A stretch of 64,000 nucleotides of DNA from Reclinomonas americana ATCC 50394 (Eukaryota). The stretch lies in the NCBI GenBank assembly GCA_048213135.1, contig PS015010.1, positions 186,001 through 250,000 of the forward strand, read 5' to 3'. Both the position numbers and the translations under genes were made by a program. Positions 29,934 to 40,088 of this stretch are shown here, piece after piece (the first letter of the stretch is position 1; every line of letters begins with the position of its first letter). The notes below the pieces were generated by a model. That model had not been told where the DNA came from. It did not search any database and worked only from the letters and a program-made list of their open reading frames with translations.

Positions 29934-30641
29934 ATGAAGCAGTTCTCTCTTTACGTCCTCCTGGCAGTAATGCTGCCTTTTATCGGTTCGGCACAGAATG
30001 GCACCCAGAATGCGGCATTGCCGAAAGATGCAGCGGTTGATGTGGTGATGACAGATTTCAAGAACAATATTCTTAACAACGAGATCGTCGTTTTTAAAAG
30101 CAATGCCAATGGTAAGGAATACCAGGGGCTGACAGACGATAACGGTAAATTCTCCATCCGCCTTCCGGCAGGAGCCAAGTACGAGATCTTTATCCTCGGA
30201 TTCAAAGACTCTACCAGTTACAACATACTTGATATTCCGGCGCTGGCACCCAATGCATCATATAAAGACGCATTCAAAGTGAATATCCAGCATATGCCGG
30301 CGAAGACCTTTGTACTCGACAACTGTAATTTCGAAACCAATAAAGCCACGCTTCAGCCTGAATCGTATACCGTACTGGATGAACTGGTGGCCTACCTGGT
30401 AAGAAAGGACGATGAAAGAATAGAAGTTGGCGGGCATACCGACAATGTGGGGTCTGCAAAAGCCAACCAGGTATTGTCTGAGGCACGTGCCAATTCTGTA
30501 AGAGCTTACCTGCTCACCAAAGGAATTGATCCGTCAAGGGTAACGGCAAAAGGCTACGGACTTACCCAGCCTATCGCCGATAATCGCAGCGCAGAAGGCA
30601 GGGCACAGAACAGGAGAACGGAAGTGAAAGTATTGGATTAA
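29934..30641 (+). CDS. OmpA family peptidoglycan-binding protein
   Basis: Signal peptide; FETNKATL, GHTDNVG...NQVLSEARA, GYG, NRRTE. Confidence 0.92.
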   Translation: MKQFSLYVLLAVMLPFIGSAQNGTQNAALPKDAAVDVVMTDFKNNILNNEIVVFKSNANGKEYQGLTDDNGKFSIRLPAGAKYEIFILGFKDSTSYNILDIPALAPNASYKDAFKVNIQHMPAKTFVLDNCNFETNKATLQPESYTVLDELVAYLVRKDDERIEVGGHTDNVGSAKANQVLSEARANSVRAYLLTKGIDPSRVTAKGYGLTQPIADNRSAEGRAQNRRTEVKVLD

Positions 30642-30730
30642 TGTGCGAAAATGTAAATGTGCGCATTTGCGATTTAAGCTGTTTATCCAGGGTAGCCTTA
30701 TTATTTTAGCGCTCCATTTCTTTTGCGTCT

Positions 30731-31034
30731 TTGCTCCTTTGCGTGAAATATAACCGCGAAGCAACAAAGGACGCAGAGATACGCTAAGTTTTTTGATTGA
30801 CTAGAATAGGGTACATGGTAATCGGCATAAAGTACCTTGCGGCATTGCTCCTTTGCGATCTTTGCGTGAAACATAACCGCAAAGCAACAAAGGACCCGTA
30901 GAAACGCTAAGTTTTTTGATTGACTAGAATAGGGTACATGGTAATCGGCATAAAGTACCTTGCGGCATTGCTCCTTTGCGATCTTTGCGTGAAATATAAC
31001 CGCGAAGCAACAAAGGACCCGTAGAAACGCTAAG
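30731..31034. repeat. 123-nt tandem repeat, about 2.5 copies, containing ctttgcg 9-mer motifs
   Basis: ctttgcgtgaaaYataaccgcRaagcaacaaaggac starts at 30737, 30860 and 30983; intervening sequence is nearly identical between copies. Confidence 0.92.
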
Positions 31035-31155
31035 CTGAATTCTATGAATTAAGATTCTCCTTTGCGTGAAACATTTCTTATTTAATATGGAAGATGGAAT
31101 AGTGAATATTGTTCCAGGAACAATGCGGAATAACGGAAAACAATGAGTTTGATCT

Positions 31156-31190
31156 TTTTGAATTTTTAATTTTGACTTTTGAATTGTAAA
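31156..31190. repeat. Heptamer tandem array
   Basis: ttttgaa tttttaa ttttgac ttttgaa ttgtaaa. Confidence 0.7.
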
Positions 31191-31200
31191 CTCACCCAAT

Positions 31201-31231
31201 AAAAAATCCCGTCGTTTTAGCGACGGGATTT
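31201..31231 (-). terminator. Rho-independent terminator of rpsA
   Basis: Minus strand aaatcccgtcg-ctaaaa-cgacgggatttttt. Confidence 0.88.
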
Positions 31232-31251
31232 ATATTTCAGACTATTTGATC

Positions 31252-33180
31252 TTACTCGGCTTTCGGCTCTTCGTTAGCAGCTTCAGCGGCGCTGTCCAGT
31301 TTGGCTTTGATATCAGCCAGGGCGCTCAGGTCACCCAGTGTTGATTTCTCTACCTTGCTTTGCAGGTTCTTCACCGCTTTCTTGGTTACTTCAGCTTCAG
31401 CTTTCCTTTCTTTCGCAACGGCTTGCTTTTCTTCCTCGATCACTTGTTCCCACAGACGGGTATGACTGAGAACGATGCGTTTGTCGTTACGGTCGAATTC
31501 GATCACCATGAATTGTGCAGTTTCATCGGCAACAATGGTTTTGCCATCTTCTTTTGCCAGGTGACGGGCAGGTGCGAAACCTTCCAGTCCGTAAGGCAGT
31601 TGAACTACGGCGCCTTTGTCATCTTTTTTCACTACGGTACCTTCATGGATGCTGCCTACAGGGAAGGTAGCTTCCAGGGTATTCCATGGGTCTTCTTCGA
31701 TTTGTTTGTGACCGAGTTGCAGTTTGCGGCCGTCTTTGTCGATGTTCATGATCACCACATCGATCTGGTTGCCCACTTTCGTGTACTCGTTCGGGTTATT
31801 GAAACGTTTCAGCCAACTCAGGTCGCTGATGTGGATCATACCGCCGATACCGGTAGTCAGTTCCACGAACACGCCGTAAGGAGTGATGTTTTTCACAACG
31901 CCGGTATGTTTGCTGCCTTCAGGGAAAGTGGTTTCAATAGAGCTCCATGGGTCTTCAGTCATTTGTTTGATAGACAGACTCATTTTGCGGGTTTCTTTAT
32001 CCAGGGTAACCACTTTAGCTTCGTGTTCGTCGCCCAGTTTAAAGAATTCTTTTGCATTGATAGGGGTATTAGCCCAGGTAATTTCACTTACGTGTACCAG
32101 GCCTTCAACACCAGGCATGATTTCGAGGAAAGCGCCGTAGTCTTCAATGTTAACTACTTTACCTTTCACGATTTCACCTTCTTTCAGGTTCTCGGTGAGG
32201 GTATCCCATGGGTGAGGGGTCAGTTGTTTCAGACCCAGGCTGATACGTTTCTTATCGTCATCGAAATCCAGTACCACCACGTTCAGTTTCTGATCCATTT
32301 TCAGGACTTCAGAAGGATGGTTGATACGGCCCCATGAGATATCAGTGATGTACAGCAGACCATCTAAGCCGCCCAGGTCAAGGAACGCACCGAAATCGGT
32401 GATGTTCTTGATGGTGCCTTCGAGTACCTGGCCTTTTTCCAGTTTACCCATGATCTCAGCCCTTTGAGCTTCGATATCGCTTTCGATGAGAGCTTTATGC
32501 GATACAACGGCGTTCTTAATGGCTTCGTTGATCTTAACCACTTTGAATTCCATTGTTTTACCAACAAACTGATCGTAGTCGGTAACGGGCTTAACGTCAA
32601 TCTGAGAACCCGGCAGGAAGGTTTCCATACCGAATACGTCAACGATAAGACCACCTTTGGTTTTGCTGGTAACCTGGCCGGTAACGATCTCACCGGTGCG
32701 GTGTACTTCCACAATGCGTTCCCACGCCCTGGTGGTACGTGCGCTCTTGCGGCTCAGGTGAAGATTGCCTTCCCTGTCTTCTTTCTCCACTACCATTACT
32801 TCGATCACATCACCTACTTTAACGCCACCGGGAATGTCCCTGAATTCGTTAAGAGAGATAAGACCGTCGCTTTTGAAACCGATATTCACAACAGCGTCGG
32901 TTTTGGTCAGTGATTCAACAGTTGCCTGGATCATCTCACCATCAGTGATCTGTTTGAAAGTACCGTCGTAAACAGAATCATACTTTGCTTTTTCATCAGC
33001 GGAGTAGCTGGTTACATTACGTTTGTCAACGCTCCAGTCGAAATCGTCGTGAGCGGTAGCCACTGTTTCAGCAACAGGAGCCTGTACAGGAACATTTGTT
33101 GTCGCAGTAGTTTCAGCGGCATCAGCTGCTGACCCTTCCTGTGCGTCTGCGTTTAGTTGCTTAATATTGTTAAAAGACAT
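31252..33180 (-). CDS. rpsA: 30S ribosomal protein S1
   Basis: Six S1 domains (GFKSDGLIS, FLPGSQID, DFGAFLDLGGLDGLLYITDISW, GVEGLVHVSEITW) and C-terminal STLGDL. Confidence 0.98.
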   Translation of the reverse strand: MSFNNIKQLNADAQEGSAADAAETTATTNVPVQAPVAETVATAHDDFDWSVDKRNVTSYSADEKAKYDSVYDGTFKQITDGEMIQATVESLTKTDAVVNIGFKSDGLISLNEFRDIPGGVKVGDVIEVMVVEKEDREGNLHLSRKSARTTRAWERIVEVHRTGEIVTGQVTSKTKGGLIVDVFGMETFLPGSQIDVKPVTDYDQFVGKTMEFKVVKINEAIKNAVVSHKALIESDIEAQRAEIMGKLEKGQVLEGTIKNITDFGAFLDLGGLDGLLYITDISWGRINHPSEVLKMDQKLNVVVLDFDDDKKRISLGLKQLTPHPWDTLTENLKEGEIVKGKVVNIEDYGAFLEIMPGVEGLVHVSEITWANTPINAKEFFKLGDEHEAKVVTLDKETRKMSLSIKQMTEDPWSSIETTFPEGSKHTGVVKNITPYGVFVELTTGIGGMIHISDLSWLKRFNNPNEYTKVGNQIDVVIMNIDKDGRKLQLGHKQIEEDPWNTLEATFPVGSIHEGTVVKKDDKGAVVQLPYGLEGFAPARHLAKEDGKTIVADETAQFMVIEFDRNDKRIVLSHTRLWEQVIEEEKQAVAKERKAEAEVTKKAVKNLQSKVEKSTLGDLSALADIKAKLDSAAEAANEEPKAE

Positions 33181-33211
33181 AAAATTATCCCGTGTTTTTT
33201 GAACGGGACGG

Positions 33212-33219
33212 CAAAGTTA
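33212..33219 (-). promoter_or_regulatory. -7 promoter box of rpsA
   Basis: Minus strand TAACTTTG, 31 nt upstream of the ATG. Confidence 0.6.
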
Positions 33220-33327
33220 CGGCAAAATCGGGGATTGGAATGTTAAAAGCCCAGATTTTTCAAGGCTTTCAGCGGATTCTGACTTACCTGTTTAGGCCAG
33301 GTATAAGAAAATTTAAAGTACTGGTTG

Positions 33328-34041
33328 TCAGCTTTTTGATGAAGATTCAATCTTACTGATAAAACTGCTGATCTCAAAAGCCAGCCGTTCCGTGTCGGTT
33401 TTTTCGATGGGATGGGCAGTCTGCGGCAGTACAGAGAGCCCTGCCTTGGGCAGCTTCCGGAAAACGGCAAGTGTCTCTTCCAGGCTTACCATCTTATCCC
33501 TGTCGCCCAGCATCAGCAGGCAGGGAATATCAATGCCGGCATAATCTTCTTCCTTCAGCGGGTTGTTATCGCCCATGTCACGGAGCATGGCTGCGGTCAT
33601 TTCCAGCAACTTTTTCCAGTCGCGGGGTTGATGCCTGGTCCGGAGGGCAGCGGCAAAATCAGGCAGCTTTTCTTCAATCTTACCTGGATTAAGCATCGCC
33701 GTTTCTTTTACCGCGGTTTCAGGATTCCACTGAAACTTGGTGGCAAGCGTTATAATGCCTTTAATCCTTCCCGGGAAGGAGTGGGCCAGTTTCAGCGCGG
33801 CATAACCACCCATACTGTACCCGAATATATAAATGTCCCCTGCTTCTGTATTGTTGCTGAGCCATGCTGAAATATCTTCCGCGAAACCGGCAATGGAAAA
33901 AGCATTCTCTCTTACCGGGGAGCCTCCGTGACCATTGAAATTGAGGCTGTGTACCTGGTAGTTCCTGCTCATGACCTGTTGTAAAGGCTCCAGCTGATCT
34001 TTGGCGCCAATGGCCCCGTGAAGAAGTAAGAGATGTTGCAT
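33328..34041 (-). CDS. Alpha/beta fold hydrolase
   Basis: LLLHG, GHGGS, nucleophile GYSMGG, GDRD, His in TAHPIE. Start set at MQHLLLLHG. Confidence 0.9.
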   Translation of the reverse strand: MQHLLLLHGAIGAKDQLEPLQQVMSRNYQVHSLNFNGHGGSPVRENAFSIAGFAEDISAWLSNNTEAGDIYIFGYSMGGYAALKLAHSFPGRIKGIITLATKFQWNPETAVKETAMLNPGKIEEKLPDFAAALRTRHQPRDWKKLLEMTAAMLRDMGDNNPLKEEDYAGIDIPCLLMLGDRDKMVSLEETLAVFRKLPKAGLSVLPQTAHPIEKTDTERLAFEISSFISKIESSSKS

Positions 34042-34231
34042 GAAGTAAAGATAACAGAACGTGCCGGTTTTTTGCAAGCCTGCATTCATCGGTAGTACTT
34101 CAGTTGGAAAACAGAAAAGCCATCCCACCAAGCCGCTAAAGCTGCAAAGGGTTGCCAGGTAGAATATATTTAGTGTTCTTCGTGTTTTTGTGGGGTATAT
34201 TGAAAGTGAGACACTATCCGTCCATTAATAC

Positions 34232-34260
34232 AAAAGGCCCCGGTTTAAACCGGGGCCTTT
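34232..34260 (-). terminator. Terminator of the large T9SS protein gene
   Basis: 28-bp perfect palindrome aaaggccccggtttaaaccggggccttt, 24 nt past the stop. Confidence 0.8.
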
Positions 34261-34283
34261 CTATGTAAGAGAAATCACTCAGC

Positions 34284-37200
34284 TTATTGAATAACTACTC
34301 TTCCTACTGCGAGACGGTTACCGTTCAGGTCACCAAGTTCAACCCAGTAGATGCCTTTTCCGAATTTGCTCATGTCAACATCCATACGTGCGTAAGGAGC
34401 AGTGATGGTGTTCTGTTGAACAAGCACCCTTTGTCCTGCGGAGTTATAGATGGTCAAACCACGAACCAGTGTGTTAGCATTTACACTGTAGTACCTAACC
34501 TGGAACCTGCCAGTATTGGGGTTCGGATAGATGAACAGTTTAGTGTTAACTGAATCGGAGATCAGTACAGAGTTAGAAACATTGGTACATCCGTTAACGT
34601 CTGTTACCAGTAAGGTGTACAAGCCCAGGGCGTCTACATCAACCAGCAGGCTGGAAGCGGTAGCACCAGAAACAACTACTCCATTCCTTCTCCAGGTGTA
34701 AGTAGCGGCAGCGTTAGGTGTTACACTTGAGCTGATGGTTGTAGTCAGACCCGGGAACAACTTGGTGTAAGGCGCTGCTGAGATCACGATTGTTGGCAGC
34801 GGGTTCACCCTTAACCTTACGATCTGCGAGTTAACGCCAGGGCAAGGTGTAGTTGTGATAGAATCTTTGTACAGGTAATTGTTCATAGAAACCGGAGGTG
34901 CAGTAATGGTCAGTGTTCCGGTGGTAGCACCACTGTAAACACCACCATTAGTTACATCAGTCCAGCTGTTACCGTTGTTGGTGCTTACGCGCCAGTGGTG
35001 AGACGGAGCTGTACCACTTACAACAGTTGTGAATGTAGCCACTTTATCAGTACATACTGTAACATCAACCGGCTGGGTAGTGATAGCCAGCGGCGTGTTT
35101 ACAGTGATCGGTACAGTGCGTACAGGTGAAGTACAAGTACCGTTAGCTACAGTTACAGAGTAAGTAGTAGAAACAGTAGGACTTGCATACACGGTGGTAG
35201 CAGGAGTACCGGCAATGTAAGGAGTAGTACCGGCAGGGTTAGTGTACAGACCGGTTGCAGGGCTCCAGATACCGCCTGAAGGCAAGCCGTAAGTGAAGTT
35301 CAGTGACCAGTTGTTCAGTGTACCTGCGTCAGCAGCACCACCATCGTATACAGCCAGGGTCCAGGGACCGTTGATGGCAGTACCGGTTGGTAAGTAAGTG
35401 CCGCCGAAGTTGGCGTGAGTCGGAGTAAAGCCTGTAGGACCGCTTGGGAAACCAGGAACTTCAGTTGCAGGCGTAACACCGTCAGGCCTGAATTGACTGT
35501 TCCATGGGTTGGCACCGGCGCCCAGGGTAGCAGTAGCTGTGTTGTTGAACCTTGTGTTCGTAAATCCTGTAGTGGCTGAAGCACCGCCGGTTGCCGACAG
35601 GTAGTAAGCCAGGTTCAGGATATTGTTGTTCGGCGTTTTCAACACCGCTACGATGTCACCACACCAGGTATGGGTGATGTTCAGCGTTACTTCAATAGCC
35701 GAGATAGTAGCACCTGCAGGAACACCAGCAACGTTGATCACGCTGTTGATACCTGTAGGGTCATTATCAGGAATAGGCTGAGAAGTGTTGTTGGTCAGTG
35801 AAACATTCACCGGAGCCAGAGACGATGTGATGGTCAGCGGCTGAACGGTACCCAGACAGATAGTGGCAGAAGCCGGGCTTACTGTTGGGGCCGGTGGTGT
35901 GTAATTCACAACTACTGTTCCGGTACCTACGCAACCTGTGGTTGGGTTGGTTGCAGAAACAGTATAAGTAGTATTTACTGTTGGAGCAGCATATACTGTT
36001 GGAGTTGGCGTACCAGCTACATAAGGAGTAGTACCGGTTGCATTGGTATACAAACCAGTAGCAGGGCTCCAGATGAAGTTACCGCCTGTTGGGCTGCTGG
36101 CAGTCAGCTGTGTTGCATTGATACCGGCAACACCACCGCAAACAGGACCTGCAGGGCTGATGGTAATAACCGGCAGCGGGTTAACAGTCAGGATGCCTCC
36201 GAGAGAGTTAGCTGAAGGAGGACATGTGCCGCTAACAACGATGCGGTAGCGCCAGCCGTTCATTGCAGAAGTAACAGGGTTGATGGTGAGGGTAGTAGTG
36301 GTTTCACCAGAGTATGGTGCGCCACTTACGTTGGTCCAGGGACCGCCTGCACCTGCAGTGCTCACCTGCCATTGGTAAGTGATACCTGCGCCTGAACCGG
36401 TTGCAGTGAAGGTAGCTGTTGCACCAGCACAAACTGTAGTGTTGCTCGGTTGAGCAGTTACAGCCGGTAACTGGTTAACATTGATAGTGATCTGAGCTGT
36501 AGTCTGACATCCGCTTGGTGCAGTGGCCAGTACCTGGTAGGTAGTGGTTTGCATTGGAGAAGCCGCTACAGGGTTGGTTGTGGTAGAGCTCAGTCCGGCT
36601 GCTGGAGACCATACATAAGTATAACCTACAGGAGCGGCGGAAGGAGCAGTGAAAGTGATGTTCCAGCCAGAGATTGTACCGGCATCACCACCTACGTCAT
36701 CCACTGCGAACAGTTTCCAGGTACCGTTGAAGTTACCTGTGAACATAGACAGGGCCGGAGTGGCCTGTGTAACTGAACCAGGACCTGGAGCAACCCAGGT
36801 ATCAGGTGTAGTTACGTTGGATGGTTTATATGTACCGGCAGGCGCAGCAGCGGCAGTCATAGCTGTTGGAGCCGCGTCGTCGAATACATAGTTAACGTTG
36901 GAGATAGCACCTGTACCGCCAACATCAGACATGATCACCACGTTGGTGCCAGTCGGAGATTGCAGCAGGATGTCCACGTCAACAGGGAAGGTATGCGTGA
37001 ATCCGTTGATCGCTACTGATTTCACCGTTACGCCAGAAGTAGGCAGACCGGAAACAACCAGGTTAGACGGATAAGGGTTCGCGATACCGCTCGTTGTTGG
37101 AGCAGCAGGAATTTCCACAGTACCAGCAGCAGTGAATGTAGTCACTGAAGGACCATTGGTAGCGGTCAGCAATTTAGGATTGCCGGCGCAGAGCGGACCT

Positions 37201-39752
37201 GTAGGGTCATCAACAATAGTCATTGGTGGCATTGGAGTAGCACTTACAGTGATGGTTGGAGTACCACTGTTTCCTGTACCTACGCAACCGGCAGCACTTA
37301 CTACAGAAGTCAGTGCGTAAGTTGTAGTTACGGCAGGTGTAACAGGAATGCTTGTACCGCTCACATAGTTGCTCACTACGATAGGAGCACCTGCAGGAGC
37401 AGTAGGTGTAATGGTAACAGTGTAAGGAGACAGACCACCGGTGATGTCCACTTTCAGGTTAGCAGTACTACCTGTACAAGTGGTTGGAGGAGCTCCAGGA
37501 ACTGTTGTGTTGTACACTACGTCGTCGATACCGATATAGTCTGAGTTGTTACCCAGCGGACCGCCACCTTCAACAAAGTACCTGAAGGCGATACGGCCAG
37601 AAACACCACCAGCTGGTAAACCAGAGAGGGTGATAGAGAACTGGGTCCACGCAGTCGGGTAGCCTGAAGTAGTGTAGGTTGGGTTAATATCCAGCAGCAA
37701 TGTAGTGAAGTCACCAACACTGGTGTTGGAAGCACCCGCATTCACACTGGCGCCATTGGTACTCATACGTACCTGCAGACGGTCAGGGAATGTACCGGTA
37801 GTGGTACGGGTGTAGAAAGTAATCCTGTCGCCATTCCTCATGGTCACATTCGGTGCGAACAGCCAGTTGCTGATCGTGTTCAAACCGGTCGTGTTGTTGA
37901 AGTTGGTAGCGATATAACCTGCGGGTGTATTAGCAGGGAATACTGCGGTGTTACCCTGGAACCAGTTGGTCAGACCAACGGGGCTGCTCAGGTTCTGCTG
38001 TGCCCAGCCGGCAGGCAGCGGAATCGCAGTAGTAAATGTTTCGTTGTACAGGGTGGTTGGTACTGGAGGCAGTAATACCTGGCTCAGTACAGCAGCCGTA
38101 GAACCTGTAGTTACATTGATGGTGCCAGTGCCGCTGTTGTTAGGGCTGGTACAACCATCGAGACCAGTAACAGAAACCAGTGTGTAAGTAGTATTCGCTG
38201 TTGGTGTAACAGGAATGTTTGCACCACTGGTGTAGTTATTTACAGTTACGTTACCGCCTGGTGCGGCATTGTACACAACTGTGTAAGGACCAACACCACC
38301 GGTGATATTCACCCTGATGTTACCGGAAGCACCGGAACAAACAGTTGGTGTTGAAGTTGAATTGTAGGCGATATCATCGATACCGATGAAATCAGAGTTG
38401 GTACCCAGTAAACCAGCATTCTCAACAAAATAGCGGAAAGCCATTCTGCCTTGTACACCGGTAGTACCTACGCCTGAAACCGTAACGGTGAACTGGGTCC
38501 ATGAGGTTGGATAACCAGTTGAAGTATAGGTTGGGTTGATATCCAGCAGCAGGTTGGTGAAGTCGCCTAAACCAGCCGATCCTGTTCCAACGTTCGTACT
38601 TGTACCATTGGTACTCATACGTACCTGGAGACGATCAGGGAATGTACCATCAGTGGTACGTGTCCAGAAAGTGAACTGGTCACCGTCCCTTAACGTAATC
38701 GCCGGGGAAATCAGCCAGTTGCTGATGGTACCGGCAGTAGCTACGTTATTGAAGTTGGCAGAGATAAACCCTGAACCGGAATGAGAAGGGAATACACCTA
38801 AAGGTCCACCCTGTGTCCAGCCTGTCGCGCCAACAGGAGAACTGTTATTGGTGGTGGTCCAGCCTGCAGGAGCAGGAGGATAAGTACCTTCCATGCCATC
38901 ACTGATCAGCTGGTTAGGTACAGAAAGAACTGCGGATGTAATAGCAACGCAAGGGGGAGCTGCTACGATTGAGTAATCCACGGTGAAAGGAAAATCTACG
39001 GCAACAGGAGAAGCCGCAGGACCTTGTCCGGGATCAGTCAGCGCAGCCCATGTACCTGCAAGCGACTGGATAGCGTTGTAACCTGGTAAGGTACGTACGC
39101 CAACTGGTGTGCTTGGAGGAGTGAAGTTGGAAGCGCCGGCAGTTACGGTACCGGTCTGGTATTCCAGCCAGTAAACGCCGGGTCCCAGGGTTACGCTCAC
39201 GTTAGCTTCGATCTTCCAGATTTTCCTGGTAGTACCGGGAGCCGTGGCGGGAGTAACTACAGTGTTGAAGTTACGATACATCAGCGCATCGGAAGATGCG
39301 GAGAAACGGTTGGTTGTCAGATCACCGAACACGATGGTAGTCGGACCTAAAGAAGGGTTACCCCTGTGGATCCTGATCCGCACATCATTGAACGGAGAAG
39401 TAGAACCGGTTGAGCCTGTAGAGTAGGCATACACAGTGATTTTGGAGATGTTCCAGCCCTGGCCTCCAGGTACTGTAAAATCATCTGCCACAGAGTTGTT
39501 GTTGGCAACCTGTGCACCAAAACCAGCAGTTGTGTTGGCAACCGTGGTGTTACCCGTGGGGTTCTGACACTCACTCCACGTGTAACCTGTAGGAGAAACT
39601 ACTCCGCTTACGGTAGTTGTACCCGTACTCAGCGTCCCGTTGACATAGGGCTGAGCGCTGATCTTCATGACCGAGAAGGCCATCAGAACAAACACCGGGA
39701 ACATCTTACCAAAGAACAGCTTCAACCCAGATAAGGTAGTTGTTTTTTGCAT
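34284..39752 (-). CDS. Large T9SS type A cargo protein (1822 aa) with two choice-of-anchor J/cleaved-adhesin-like domains, two P-domain-like modules and Ig-like domains
   Basis: Signal peptide; duplicated SNWL..P...RTT.GTFPDRLQVRMSTNG...IGIDD; FTHTFPVDVDILLQSPTGT...NGTWKLFAVDDVGGDAG and ITHTWCGD...NGPWTLAVYDGGAADAG; CTD IYPNPNTGRF...KGIYWVEL. Confidence 0.9.
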   Translation of the reverse strand: MQKTTTLSGLKLFFGKMFPVFVLMAFSVMKISAQPYVNGTLSTGTTTVSGVVSPTGYTWSECQNPTGNTTVANTTAGFGAQVANNNSVADDFTVPGGQGWNISKITVYAYSTGSTGSTSPFNDVRIRIHRGNPSLGPTTIVFGDLTTNRFSASSDALMYRNFNTVVTPATAPGTTRKIWKIEANVSVTLGPGVYWLEYQTGTVTAGASNFTPPSTPVGVRTLPGYNAIQSLAGTWAALTDPGQGPAASPVAVDFPFTVDYSIVAAPPCVAITSAVLSVPNQLISDGMEGTYPPAPAGWTTTNNSSPVGATGWTQGGPLGVFPSHSGSGFISANFNNVATAGTISNWLISPAITLRDGDQFTFWTRTTDGTFPDRLQVRMSTNGTSTNVGTGSAGLGDFTNLLLDINPTYTSTGYPTSWTQFTVTVSGVGTTGVQGRMAFRYFVENAGLLGTNSDFIGIDDIAYNSTSTPTVCSGASGNIRVNITGGVGPYTVVYNAAPGGNVTVNNYTSGANIPVTPTANTTYTLVSVTGLDGCTSPNNSGTGTINVTTGSTAAVLSQVLLPPVPTTLYNETFTTAIPLPAGWAQQNLSSPVGLTNWFQGNTAVFPANTPAGYIATNFNNTTGLNTISNWLFAPNVTMRNGDRITFYTRTTTGTFPDRLQVRMSTNGASVNAGASNTSVGDFTTLLLDINPTYTTSGYPTAWTQFSITLSGLPAGGVSGRIAFRYFVEGGGPLGNNSDYIGIDDVVYNTTVPGAPPTTCTGSTANLKVDITGGLSPYTVTITPTAPAGAPIVVSNYVSGTSIPVTPAVTTTYALTSVVSAAGCVGTGNSGTPTITVSATPMPPMTIVDDPTGPLCAGNPKLLTATNGPSVTTFTAAGTVEIPAAPTTSGIANPYPSNLVVSGLPTSGVTVKSVAINGFTHTFPVDVDILLQSPTGTNVVIMSDVGGTGAISNVNYVFDDAAPTAMTAAAAPAGTYKPSNVTTPDTWVAPGPGSVTQATPALSMFTGNFNGTWKLFAVDDVGGDAGTISGWNITFTAPSAAPVGYTYVWSPAAGLSSTTTNPVAASPMQTTTYQVLATAPSGCQTTAQITINVNQLPAVTAQPSNTTVCAGATATFTATGSGAGITYQWQVSTAGAGGPWTNVSGAPYSGETTTTLTINPVTSAMNGWRYRIVVSGTCPPSANSLGGILTVNPLPVITISPAGPVCGGVAGINATQLTASSPTGGNFIWSPATGLYTNATGTTPYVAGTPTPTVYAAPTVNTTYTVSATNPTTGCVGTGTVVVNYTPPAPTVSPASATICLGTVQPLTITSSLAPVNVSLTNNTSQPIPDNDPTGINSVINVAGVPAGATISAIEVTLNITHTWCGDIVAVLKTPNNNILNLAYYLSATGGASATTGFTNTRFNNTATATLGAGANPWNSQFRPDGVTPATEVPGFPSGPTGFTPTHANFGGTYLPTGTAINGPWTLAVYDGGAADAGTLNNWSLNFTYGLPSGGIWSPATGLYTNPAGTTPYIAGTPATTVYASPTVSTTYSVTVANGTCTSPVRTVPITVNTPLAITTQPVDVTVCTDKVATFTTVVSGTAPSHHWRVSTNNGNSWTDVTNGGVYSGATTGTLTITAPPVSMNNYLYKDSITTTPCPGVNSQIVRLRVNPLPTIVISAAPYTKLFPGLTTTISSSVTPNAAATYTWRRNGVVVSGATASSLLVDVDALGLYTLLVTDVNGCTNVSNSVLISDSVNTKLFIYPNPNTGRFQVRYYSVNANTLVRGLTIYNSAGQRVLVQQNTITAPYARMDVDMSKFGKGIYWVELGDLNGNRLAVGRVVIQ

Positions 39753-40036
39753 AAAAATGTTTTTAGATTTTTGTTAAAAAGGCAACACATTAAAAGTCGG
39801 CGCAACTTCTAAGGCATTACCTATAATACCAGTATTAAAATTAATAATTTTAACTTAATATTAAACAATTTGATAGTTTTTTTTGGCTAAAGAGCAGTAT
39901 GGGAGTGAATAAGCTATAAATACCCTTGTTTAAAACCGGCTCCCGGAGGGGGAAGCGGCGTCGGCGGTCCGGTATTCAAGGCTGAATCCGGCGCTGAAAT
40001 GTGGATAACTTGGCCCGGCCATTGCTGCCGGACAAC

Positions 40037-40060
40037 AAAAAACCCTCCGCGGGGGAGGGT
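40037..40060 (-). terminator. Rho-independent terminator
   Basis: Minus strand accctcc-cccgc-ggagggtttttt. Confidence 0.8.
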
Positions 40061-40088
40061 GTATAATAGAAAGTATCTTCTTCCTTAA

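Noticed and set aside
30731-31034. CRISPR array
   Set aside because: The sequences between repeats are nearly identical rather than unique spacers, the period is 123 nt, and there are no cas genes.
31360-32337. 325-aa antisense ORF and similar long shadow ORFs (for example 6131..6910, 23654..24928, 42851..43882)
   Set aside because: They lie opposite well-supported genes, have no recognisable motifs, and are expected from codon bias.
40000-40008. Replication origin (perfect DnaA box TGTGGATAA)
   Set aside because: Only one box, with no cluster and no dnaA or gidA context.
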